Positions 37,244 through 48,269 of a stretch of 64,000 bases of DNA are shown here, piece after piece (position 1 is the stretch's first letter; each line of letters starts with the position of its first letter). Origin of the DNA: Anaeramoeba ignava BMAN (taxonomy: Eukaryota; Protista; Anaeramoebae); assembly GCA_028826165.1 (NCBI GenBank), contig JAPDFW010000057.1, positions 310,001-374,000 of the forward strand, given 5' to 3'. The position numbers and the translations under genes were made by a program. The notes below the pieces were generated by a model that saw only the letters and a program-made list of their open reading frames with translations, did no database searches and had not been told where the DNA came from.

Positions 37244-39805
37244 TCAAATATTTTCATTTTCCTTTAAATCATTTAAATCATTTAAATTAATTTCTTTTAA
37301 ATCATTTAAATCAATTTCTTTTAAATCATTTAAATCAATTTCTTTTAAATCATTTAAATCATTTAAATCTTTTTCTTTTGAATCTTTTGAATCTTTTGAA
37401 TCATTTAAATCATTTTCTTTTAAATCATTTTCTTTTGAATCTTTTGAATCATTTAAATCTTTTTCTTTTAAATTTTCTTTTAAATTTTCTTTTAAATTAT
37501 CTTTTAAATTTTCTTTTAAATTATCTTTTAAATTTTCTTTTAAATTTTCATTTGAATTTTCTTTTGAATCTTTTAAATCTTCTTTTAAATCTTTTTCTTT
37601 TAAATTTTCTTTTAAATTTTCTTTTAAATTTTCTTTTAAATTTTCTTTTAAATTTTCTTTTAAATCTTTTTCTTTTAAATTTTCTTTTAAATTTTCTTTT
37701 AAATTTTCTTTTAAATTTTCTTTTAAATTTTCTTTTGAATCATCTTTTAAATTTTCTTTTAAATTTTCTTTTGAATCATCATTTGAATCATTTCCATTTA
37801 AATCAATTCCTTTAAAATGATTTTCATTTGAATTATTTTCTTGATTAATATCTGCACCAGGAAGAGTCCAACTACTTTTTTTAGTAATAATATTAACATA
37901 ATAAGGACGATTTGTATTAGGATCAATTTGTTTAATCCAACCATCTGGAACTATTTCTTCTTGTTCTTCTTGTTTTTCTTCATGAGTTTCAGGAATAACT
38001 AAATCTGGAAAATGTTCTTGTTCAAATTTCTTAATTTTATGAAGTGCTTCATTTCGATATCCACTTCGTATTTCATTAACAACACTCAATGCAATTATTG
38101 TATTATCAGGTTTATTCCATGAAACATCTTGTGTAACTGGATTATAATAATAATTGTGCTTATATCGAATATCATAAAGTTCATAACAAACTAATTAAAT
38201 TTATTATAAAAATTATTATTAAATTTATTAAATGATTTTTATTTGAATTTTATTTTTATTAAATTTTTAAATATAAATTTTTATTAAAATTATTATTTTT
38301 TTTATTAAAACTACTTTTTATTAATAATATTAGTTTAATAAGGACGATTTGTAATGTTATTGTTCAAATTTTAAAATTATTATTCCAACCATCTGGAACT
38401 ATTTTTCTTAAAATTCTTATTTTTATTAAATTGTTTTATTCAAATTTTTAGGAATAACTAAATTTATTATTAAAAATGTTCTTGTTTAAAATTTATTATT
38501 AAAAATTATTTTATTTATTAAAATTATTATTAAAATTTATTATTTTATTATTTTAAATTTTCGATATCATTTTGTAATTTCATTATTAAAATTATTAAAT
38601 TTATTATTAAATTTCCATGAAACATCTTATATTATATACTGGATTATTATAATTAAATTATTAAATTTTATTATTATAAAATTATTATTATTATTAAAAT
38701 TATTATTAAATTTATTATTAAATTATTATTAAATTTATTAAAATTATTATTAAATTTATTATTAAAATTATTATTAAATTTATTATTAAAATTATTATTA
38801 AATTTATTTATTATTAAATTTATTATTAAAATTTATTATTAAATTATTATTAAATTTATTATTATTAAATTTATTATTAAAATTATTATTAAAATTTATT
38901 ATTAAATTTATTATTAAAAATTTTTTTAAAATTTATTATTAAAATTATTATTAAAAATTATTATTAAATTTATTATTAAATTTATTATTAAATTTATTAT
39001 TAAATTTATTATTAAAATTAAATTATTATTATTATTAAATTTATTTTTATTAAATTTATTAAAATTATTATTAAAATTATTAAAATTTATTATTATTAAA
39101 TTTATTATTAAATTTATTATTAAAATTATTATTAAATTTATTATTAAATTTATTATTAAATTTATTATTAAATTTATTAAATTTATTATTAAAATTTATT
39201 ATTAAATTTATTATTAAATTTATTATTAAATTTATTATTAAATTTATTTTAAAAATTATTAAATTTATTATTAAATTTATTATTAAATTTATTATTAAAT
39301 TTATTATTAAATTATTATTAAATTTATTATTAAATTTATTATTATTAAATTTATTATTAAAAATTTATTATTAAATTTATTATTTTTATTATTAAAATTA
39401 TTAAATTATTATTAAATTATTATTAAAATTATTATTATTATTAAATTTATTAAAATTTTATTATTATTAAAATTATTATTAAAATTATTAAATTTATTAT
39501 TAAATTTATTATTAAATTTATTATTAAATTTATTATTAAAATTATTATTAAATTTATTATTAAATTTATTATTAAATTTATTATTAAAATTATTATTAAA
39601 ATTATTATTAAATTTATTATTAAAATTATTATTAAAATTATTATTAAAATTATTATTAAAATTATTATTAAAATTATTATTAAATTTATTATTAAATTTC
39701 TTTTAAAATTATTTTAAATTTATTATTAAAATTTCTTTTAAAATTTATTATTAAAATTATTAAATTTCTTTTGATCTTTTTACAATCAAATTCTTCTGAA
39801 GTCAT
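37244..39805 (-). CDS. Two-WW-domain protein with KENL low-complexity tail (exon 1 39784-39805; intron 38191-39783)
   Basis: YYYNPVTQDVSWNKP and VPDGWIKQIDPNTNRPYYVNIITKKSSWTLP. Confidence 0.8.
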
Positions 39806-39895
39806 GTTAAATGATTTTTTATTTAAAGAAAAAAGAAAAAAAATGAAAAAATTAATTTTCATTTTTTTTATTTTTCATTTTTTTTTATTTTTAAA

Positions 39896-40768
39896 ATGTC
39901 TTCTTCTCAAGATGAACTTGCAAATGAAATGATTAATTTAAATTCACAACTTGAATTCCAAACAAGAGAAATTTCAGATAAAATTCTAGAAACAAAAAAG
40001 GAAATCAAAGAAAAGAAAGGAAAAATTAAATTGATTCAAGAAGAAAAACAAAAAAGAGAAAAAAAAATAAATGAAGAAAAAGAAAAAATTCAAAACAAAA
40101 TCAAAAATCAACAAAAAAATATCAAGAAAGTTTCAAAACAACTTCAAGAATTAAAACAGGAAAATAAAACTCTGAAAGAAAAAAATAACTCTTTAAATAT
40201 TCAAATCAAAAATATTCATGAATTAAAACAACAAAATCAAAAAAATAAATCGAAACTCAAAAAAAATATAAATGAAAAACTAAAAGAAGAAATTGATTCA
40301 AATCAAAAAAAAAACGAAGAAAAAAAAATACAAATTGATTCACTTGAAAAACAAATTGAAATTAAAAAAAACGAAAAGAATCAATTACAAAAAGAATTCC
40401 AAATTTTAAAAGAAAAAAATGATTCAAATTCAAATTTACTTTTTGATAAACTTAAATCAATATTGGATTCAATAAATAATTTAGTTCATGAAATTCAAAT
40501 TTTAACAACAAAAAATTTTGAATACAATTTAATTTCAAAACAAATTGATATTTTTCAATTACAAAAATTGGTTTTATTAGAAGAAAAATTTGACGAAAAA
40601 AAATATTTGGATCAAGAAATTGAAAATTATAAAGATAAAAGAAAAGAATTAGTTGATAGTTTGCAAATGAAGAAGCAATTTAAAGAAATTTTTGAAGAAA
40701 AAAATGAACAAATTTCTGTTTTAAGAAATCAATTTAAAGAATTAATTCTTGAATCATTAAAAAAATAA
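39896..40768 (+). CDS. Coiled-coil protein
   Basis: 290-aa K/E/Q-rich heptad ORF with an upstream TTTCATTT motif. Confidence 0.75.
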   Translation: MSSSQDELANEMINLNSQLEFQTREISDKILETKKEIKEKKGKIKLIQEEKQKREKKINEEKEKIQNKIKNQQKNIKKVSKQLQELKQENKTLKEKNNSLNIQIKNIHELKQQNQKNKSKLKKNINEKLKEEIDSNQKKNEEKKIQIDSLEKQIEIKKNEKNQLQKEFQILKEKNDSNSNLLFDKLKSILDSINNLVHEIQILTTKNFEYNLISKQIDIFQLQKLVLLEEKFDEKKYLDQEIENYKDKRKELVDSLQMKKQFKEIFEEKNEQISVLRNQFKELILESLKK

Positions 40769-40839
40769 TTGAAAAAATAATTTGAATTTATTTTTCCGTT
40801 TTTTTTTTTTTTAAAATGAAAATAATTTGAATTTTCTTT

Positions 40840-41138
40840 TTAAAAATCTAAAAGAAGTTGAGGAATAATTTTTTCTAAATGTTCAGGTTCAATATTTTCT
40901 GAATTTTCAATTTGAGCTTTTGCTGAAGCTCTATCAATTGCTTCTCCAACAAATAAACGTAAAAATTCAGCAACACATTCTAAAGTATCTTTTGAAACTT
41001 TAAATTTAATTTAATTTTAATTTTTTAATTTTTAATTTTTAATTTTTAAAAAATAAAAGATATACTTTTGGTTTTTTCATTTTTAAAGTTTTTTCTTAAA
41101 ATTGTACTTAAAGTTGAAGGATTAAAAGTTTCTTCCAT
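40840..41138 (-). CDS. CENPX: Centromere protein X / MHF2 (histone-fold; intron 40998-41065; absent from the ORF track)
   Basis: Spliced: MEETFNPSTLSTILRKNFKNEKTKISKDTLECVAEFLRLFVGEAIDRASAKAQIENSENIEPEHLEKIIPQLLLDF*, with the diagnostic LEKI.PQLLLDF end. Confidence 0.93.
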
Positions 41139-41228
41139 TTTTTATAAATAATAATTGAAAAAAATGAAAAATGAAAAATGAAAAATGAAAAATGAAATTT
41201 TTTTTTTATAAATTATTGTTTTTTTTTT

Positions 41229-44200
41229 TTAATTATTAAATTCTTTAAGTAATTGTAAAATATATTCTTGAATTTCTTCAGGATTATGTTCATCTTCATT
41301 AAAAGAAATTATATGAGAAATGAATTTCGAATTATTTTCCAAAATTAAGTTTTGAATTTTTCTCATAATTATTGGTGGAAAAGAGAATTGTTCTAAAACA
41401 TTTTGTGCCATTTTAACTCGAATTTGATTTCGAGAATTTTCCATTTGATTATCATTTAAAAAGGAATCACGATGAATAAAATTTTTTGGAGTAAATTTTT
41501 GGAAATTTAAAGAAGAATTTTGATTTTTTTGATTTTTTTGATTTTTTGATTTTTTGGATTTTTTGGATTTGGATTTTGAATTATTTTTTGGTTGATTTTT
41601 TGGTTGATTTAAAACGGATAAACTATTTTTAATTTTATTTAATAAATCACTTTGAGGTGGATTATAATTGAGCAACATTTGATTTGTGGGTAAACTTGAA
41701 ACCATTAAATTTTCATTTTCTTCATTATAAGCATTTTGAGATTCTTGTGATTCTGAATCTGAATAATCAGAAGGAGATGAAGATTCATCATATTCTTCAG
41801 AAGATACTGAAAGTGAATCCGAAGTTGAAGAAAGTGAATGAGAAAATGAGGTTGAAATATTTCGATGATTCTGGCTTGTTTCCTCATCAATAGATAGAGA
41901 ATCTTCCTCCATTTTTTCCTCCTCCAATTTTTGACGAATCTCATTTTGGATCATTTCTTTTAGTTCAAAAACTGAAGTATTTGTTTCATTTAAATCATGA
42001 ACAATACTGTAAGTGTGATTTGATTTATTATAAGTGATTTTCTTTGAAGATGATATTAGAGCCCAAAAATTCTCTGCTCCAACTTTATTTCCATATACTT
42101 CTTGATAGCATTTCCATAACTCAGGCTCAATAGTTTGCGCTCCTTTCAATAATTCTTGTTTTGTTAAATTATCTCCATAAACTTTGAATGTTTCCAATGA
42201 AATTTTCCATCCAGATCGATAAAAAGAAACCCTTCTATGCCTCATTTTTTGAAGGCGTTCTTTGGGTTTAATTAATTTTTTTCTTTTTTTCTTTGATCTT
42301 CTTTCTTCTGTTTTTGTTAATACTGTATTTGTTGTTGTTGTTTCTTCTTTTGTTTGATTTTCTGAAAAATTATCATATTCGCTCATTTTAAGACTTTCTT
42401 CATTGATTGAGTAAGTTCTTTCTTCTGTATTATAGATAAAATAACGTTTGGATTCTGACATTATAAATGCTCGAAAATTTTTTTTTGATTTTGGAGTATC
42501 AAGAATAATTTGATAAGATGATTGATTTTGATTTTGAATTTGAATTTGATTTTGATTTTGATTTTGATTTTGATTTTGATTTTCATTTTGATTTTGATTT
42601 TGATTTTGATTTTGAATTTGATTTTGATTTTGATTTCGATTTTGATTTTTATTTTCAATTTGAATTAAATTTTGATTTTGAATTTGATTTAAATTTTGAA
42701 TTTGATTTTGATTTTGATTTTCAATTTTATTTTGAATTTGATTTTGTATTTGATTTTGAATTTGATTTTGAATTAAATTTTGATTTTGAATTTGATTTTG
42801 TATTTGATTTTCATTTTGTATTTGATTTTCATTTTCAATTTGATTTTCATTTTGTATTTGATTTTGATTTTCAATTTGATTTTGATTTTGATTTTGATTT
42901 TGATTTTGATTTTGATTTTGATTTTCAATTTTATTTTCAATTCCTTTTTCAATTTGTATTTGATTTTGAATTAAATTTTGATTTTCATTTTGATTTTCAT
43001 TTTGATTTTGATTTTGATTTTCATTTTGATTTTCATTTTCATTTTGATTTTCAATTTTATTTTCTTTTAATGATATTTTTCCATATGCTATTTGATAACA
43101 CTCCCATAAATCTCTATGATTCTTAATAGAATTTTCTACAATTTCTTTTTGTGTACATGGTTTATTCAGAGATTTTATCACTTCTATTGCATATGTCCAT
43201 CCAGGATTTATTGTTTTAATTTTATGATGAATTAAATCACGAAGTAATTTTCTTTTGTTTTCTCCATTTAAAAAATATTTTTTGAGAAGAAAATCAATAT
43301 CAGGAGAAATTTTCAAAATATGGTTCTTTGGAATTTTTTGTCTTTTTCTATATGGATTTGGAGCCTTTTTTGGTTTAGGATTTGGATTTGGATTTTTGTT
43401 TTGAATTTTCTTTGGTTTGTTTTTTTGATTCTCAAATTTTTCCTTCAAATATAACAATTGAGATTTGGGATTAAGTTGAAAATGCTCAATTACATGTTGG
43501 AAATTGAAATTGAGAATAAAATCAAGATTGTTATTGAAATCCTGAACTAAAATATTATCGGTATATAAAAACTTGATAAATAAAAACATGAACTGGAAAG
43601 ATAAACCAGAAGTATCTTTAAACCTAGAGATTTTTTCTTGAGAAGAATTAAATAATTGACGGAAAAAATTACTTCTTGTTTGAAGAATTAATTTATGAAC
43701 AAAAACTTCTTTTTCTTCAACTTCAATCACAAAATCTTTTTTTTCATCACTTTGCCAATATAATTTGCTGATATCATTTTTCAAATCTTGTTTTTTTGGT
43801 TCTGAAACACCGATTTGAGTAAATTTTTCAAGAAGTTTTTTGGGCAATTTTTTTGCATTTCCCAAATCATCAGAATAAATCCAAATCAAAATTTTCAAAA
43901 TTTGGTTTTTGGAAAAATTTTCCATAATTTGTTTAATTTCTTCAGCTTTTTTTCCTGTTCGTGTTTCAACAACCAATTTGTGGACAGGAAATTGAGAAAT
44001 TTGTAAATCAGTATTTTCTTTGTGTTGAAATAAATGATAAAAGTCTTCTTGAAATGAGAAAGTTGTATTAACAAAATTGCCAAAATTTGAATTCTTCAAC
44101 GAATTCTTCAATGAATTTTTCAACGAATTATTTTCTTCTTTTAAATTTTTCACCAAATTTTTCTTATCGATTTGCATTTTCAAAGAATAAAGTCTGGAAT

Positions 44201-44501
44201 TTTTATCAAAACTAAATTTATTTTCATGAAGTAAAAACAATCCAAAATTTGTTCGTATTTTATGTTTTTGAGAACTATATAAATCTTTGTAACATTGATA
44301 AATTTCTGGGAACATTTGTTGTGCTTTTTCCACAATTTCCCCACGTGATGCGGGTCTTCCAATTGCTTGGAGAACTTCTACTCCATATTCCCATCCTTTT
44401 TTATTTTTTTTGATTTTGGAAAGTCTTATTCTTAATTGTTGTCTTCTTTCTAAATCTAACTTTTTTTTTTCTTTTTGTTTTTGATTGTTTGAAACTGACA
44501 T
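41229..44501 (-). CDS. BTB-domain protein with three winged-helix-like repeats and a QN tract
   Basis: 1090-aa ORF; FPVHKLVV and [15 protein letters not shown]...FIKFLYTD (BTB); three GW...CY...YS repeats. Confidence 0.85.
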   Translation of the reverse strand: MSVSNNQKQKEKKKLDLERRQQLRIRLSKIKKNKKGWEYGVEVLQAIGRPASRGEIVEKAQQMFPEIYQCYKDLYSSQKHKIRTNFGLFLLHENKFSFDKNSRLYSLKMQIDKKNLVKNLKEENNSLKNSLKNSLKNSNFGNFVNTTFSFQEDFYHLFQHKENTDLQISQFPVHKLVVETRTGKKAEEIKQIMENFSKNQILKILIWIYSDDLGNAKKLPKKLLEKFTQIGVSEPKKQDLKNDISKLYWQSDEKKDFVIEVEEKEVFVHKLILQTRSNFFRQLFNSSQEKISRFKDTSGLSFQFMFLFIKFLYTDNILVQDFNNNLDFILNFNFQHVIEHFQLNPKSQLLYLKEKFENQKNKPKKIQNKNPNPNPKPKKAPNPYRKRQKIPKNHILKISPDIDFLLKKYFLNGENKRKLLRDLIHHKIKTINPGWTYAIEVIKSLNKPCTQKEIVENSIKNHRDLWECYQIAYGKISLKENKIENQNENENQNENQNQNQNENQNENQNLIQNQIQIEKGIENKIENQNQNQNQNQNQNQNQIENQNQIQNENQIENENQIQNENQIQNQIQNQNLIQNQIQNQIQNQIQNKIENQNQNQIQNLNQIQNQNLIQIENKNQNRNQNQNQIQNQNQNQNQNENQNQNQNQNQNQIQIQNQNQSSYQIILDTPKSKKNFRAFIMSESKRYFIYNTEERTYSINEESLKMSEYDNFSENQTKEETTTTNTVLTKTEERRSKKKRKKLIKPKERLQKMRHRRVSFYRSGWKISLETFKVYGDNLTKQELLKGAQTIEPELWKCYQEVYGNKVGAENFWALISSSKKITYNKSNHTYSIVHDLNETNTSVFELKEMIQNEIRQKLEEEKMEEDSLSIDEETSQNHRNISTSFSHSLSSTSDSLSVSSEEYDESSSPSDYSDSESQESQNAYNEENENLMVSSLPTNQMLLNYNPPQSDLLNKIKNSLSVLNQPKNQPKNNSKSKSKKSKKSKNQKNQKNQNSSLNFQKFTPKNFIHRDSFLNDNQMENSRNQIRVKMAQNVLEQFSFPPIIMRKIQNLILENNSKFISHIISFNEDEHNPEEIQEYILQLLKEFNN

Positions 44502-44662
44502 TTTTTATGATGAGAATTAAAAATAATAAAAAATAAACAAAAAATGAAAAAATGAAAAAATAAAAAAATGAAAAAATCAAAAAATGAAAAAATGAAAAAA
44601 TGAAAAAATGAAAAAATGAAAAAATCGGATAAAAAATTTTAATTTTAATTTTTAATTTTAAT

Positions 44663-47600
44663 TTATTTTTTAAAATTCCAAAATTTAATAATTCCATCTT
44701 CACAACAACTTGTTATCATTTCTTTTTCTTTTAAATATAAAACACAATTAACATCATTTGGATGTGCATTTTCATAACGAGAGCGAATTTTGACTTCAGA
44801 ATCAATAACTGAAAAAATGCAAATTGAATTATCACCTGAACCTGTGAGAAAAATTAATTCAGAATTTGATTCTGTTAATGGTTCAATAATTTCAAGTGAA
44901 TAAATAGGTCTTTTATGAGCATTAGAAATGACAACAAATTTTTGCCAAATTTTATTTTTTTCAGTTTTTTCTGAATCTTCTTCAAAAAGTGAATATCCAC
45001 TAAGAAATTTTTGTTCTGGAAGTGTTTCAATATCTGTTTTTGGTTTCCAAAGAATAATTTTATTGTCTTGATCACAAGAAACTTTTTAACAAAATTGAAT
45101 TTAATTTTGAATTTAATTTTGAATTTAATTTTGAATTTAATTTTGAAATTAATTTTGAATTTAATTTTGAAATTAATTTTGAATTTAATTTTGAAATTAA
45201 TTTTGAATTTAATTTTGAATTTAATTTTGAATTTAATTTTGAATTTAATATTGAATTTAAAATTTAATTTTGAATTTAATTTTGAATTTAATTTTGAATT
45301 TAATTTTGAATTTAATTTTGAATTTAATTTTGAATTTAATTTTGAATTTAATATTTAATATTGAATTTAATTTTAAATTTAATTTTGAATTTAAATTTGA
45401 ATTTAATTTTGAATTTAATTTTGAATTTAATTTTGAATTTAATTTTGAATTTAATTTTGAATTTTATTTTGAATTTAATTTTGAATTTAATTTTAAATTT
45501 AATTTTGAATTTAATTTTGAATTTAATTTTGAATTTAATTTTAAATTTAAAATTTAAATTTAAATTTAATTTTGAATTTAATTTTGAATTTAATTTTGAA
45601 TTTAATTTTGAATTTAATTTTGAATTTAATGAATTTAATTTAATTTTGAATTTAAATATTTTGAATTTAATTTTAAATTTAATTTTGAATTTAAATTTGA
45701 ATTTAATTTTGAATTTAATTTTGAATTTAATTTTAAATTTAATTTTGAATTTAATTTTGAATTTTATTTTGAATTTAATTTTAAATTTAATTTTGAATTT
45801 AATTTTGAATTTAATTTTGAATTTAATTTTGAATTTAATTTTGAATTTAATTTTGAATTTAATTTTGAATTTGAATTTTGAATTTAATTTTGAATTTAAT
45901 TTTAAATTTAATTTTGAATTTAATTTTGAATTTAATTTTGAATTTAATTTTGAATTTAATTTTGAATTTAATTTTAAATTTAATTTTAAATTTTAATTTT
46001 GAATTTAATTTTGAATTTTGAATTTAATTTTAAATTTTAATTTTGAATTTGAATTTTGAATTTAATTTTGAATTTAATTTTGAATTTTGAATTTAATTTA
46101 AAATCGGATAAAAAAATTTTTGATAAAATAAAAGATTTACGAATGCAATTATTTCCACAAGGTTTACAACACCAAATAGTAGAATTATGACCAGCTAAAG
46201 TATCAAGTGATAACCAATGATTTTCATCTTTAGATTTTTGCCAAACTTTAACTGTTTCATCATAAGAAGAAGAAATTAAAAATTTTGAATCATTCATCCA
46301 AGAAATATATTTAACATCTCCAGAATGTCCAGTTAAAACTGCAAGACATTCATATTCTGTTTCATTTATTTGTTCCCAAATCCATATTGTTTTATCCCGT
46401 CCGCAAGTCGCTAAAAGATTTTTGGATTCGGTACTAAATATCCATTTTACTCTTTTAACTTCATTTGCATGTCCTTCTAATGATGCAATACATTCAAAAT
46501 CTAATGCATTTTCAAATTGATTTTTATTTTTATTTTTATTTTGATTTTGAATTTGATTTTAATTTTGAATTTGATTTTGATTTTCAATTTAATTTTGAAT
46601 TTGATTTTGATTTTGATTTTGATTTTGATTTTGATTTTGATTTTGATTTTGATTTTGATTTTGATTTTGATTTTGATTTTGATTTTGATTTTGAATTTTG
46701 ATTTTGATTTTGATTTTAATTTTTGATTTTTGATTTTGATTTTGATTTTGATTTTGATTTTGATTTTGATTTTGATTTTGATTTTGATTTTGATTTTGAT
46801 TTTGATTTTGATTTTGAATTTGATTTTGATTTTTATTTTGATTTTGATTTTGATTTTGATTTTGATTTTGATTTTGATTTTGATTTTGATTTTGATTTTG
46901 ATTTTGATTTTAATTTTGATTTTGATTTTAATTTTGATTTTGAATTTTGATTTTTTTTGATTTTGATTTTGAATTTAATTTTGATTTTGATTTTGATTTT
47001 GATTTTGATTTTTTGATTTTGATTTTTGATTTTGATTTTCAATTTTGATTTTCAATTTTTGATTTTTTGATTTTGATTTTGATTTTGATTTTAATTTTGA
47101 ATTTGATTTTGATTTTTTTTTGATTTTTTTGATTTTATTTTTGATTTTGAATTTTGATTTTGATTTTGATTTTATTTTGATTTTGATTTTGATTTTGATT
47201 TTTTGATTTTGATTTTGATTTTGATTTTTTTTGATTTTTGATTTTGATTTTGATTTTGATTTTGATTTTGATTTTGATTTTGAATTTGATTTTGATTTTG
47301 ATTTTTATTTTGATTTTGATTTTGATTTTGATTTTAATTTTGATTTTAATTTTGATTTTGATTTTGATTTTGATTTTGATTTTTAATTTTGAATTTGATT
47401 TTTTTGATTTTTTTGATTTTAATTTTATTTTATTTAAATTTTTATTTTGATTTTATTTAATTTTGATTTTTAAAATTACCATTTTGACCATTTTTTAAAG
47501 AATATTTCCAAACATTAACAATTCCATCAAAAGAACAAGAAGCTAAATATTTTCCATCAAGAGACCAATCAACAGAACGAATTGTTTTTTCATGAGATTC

Positions 47601-47777
47601 TTCAAGAATTGAACTACAAATCCATTCATTTTTTTTTGTTTTTTGATTCATTTGTTCTTTAAAAATTCTAATAGTTTTATCAGAACTACAACTAGCAAGA
47701 ATATTTTTTTGATGATTCCAAGCAAGATCCCAAGCAGAATCTTTATGAAGAGGAAATGTTTGAAGAGTTCGTAACAT
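44663..47777 (-). CDS. CIAO1: Cytosolic Fe-S assembly WD40 protein Cia1 (introns 45082-46140, 46501-47479)
   Basis: LASCSSDKTIRI, HEKTIRSVDWS..G.YLASCSFD, LEGHANEVK, LATCGRDKTIWIWE, GHSGDVK, SSSYD, HPNDVNCV. Confidence 0.93.
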
Positions 47778-48269
47778 CAAAAAAAAATGAAAATGAAAAA
47801 ATGAAAAAAATGAAAAAAATGATTTTGATTTTAAATTTAATTTTGGTTTTAATTTTGGATTTTGAATTTTAATTTTAATTTTGATTTTAATTTTAATTTT
47901 AATTTTGATTTTGATTTTAATTTTGATTTTAATTTTAATTTTGATTTTAATTTTAATTTTGATTTTATTTTTGATTTTAATTTTAATTTAATTTTGGATT
48001 TTAAAAATCTAAAAATTCTTTTAAAATATTTTTTCTTGTTAATTTGTTATTATGTTTTTTTTTATCCGAAATCAAAATCAAAAGAAAAATTTGTGAGAAA
48101 AAGAAAAAGAAAAAGAAAAAGAAAAAGATTTTTTTTTTTTGAAAGAAAATTGAAAAGATTGAAAGAATTGAAATTTGAAGAAGAACCAAAAATAAACGAA
48201 ACAAATATTGTTTAATCCAAAAAAAAAAGGGATAAATTGGATAAACAAAGCGAATGAGAATTAAGAAAT

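Noticed and set aside
40998-41065. Possible U12-type intron (donor GTATATCTTTT)
   Set aside because: It does not match RTATCCTT and no TCCTTAAC branch site is seen; no AT-AC introns were found among those reconstructed.
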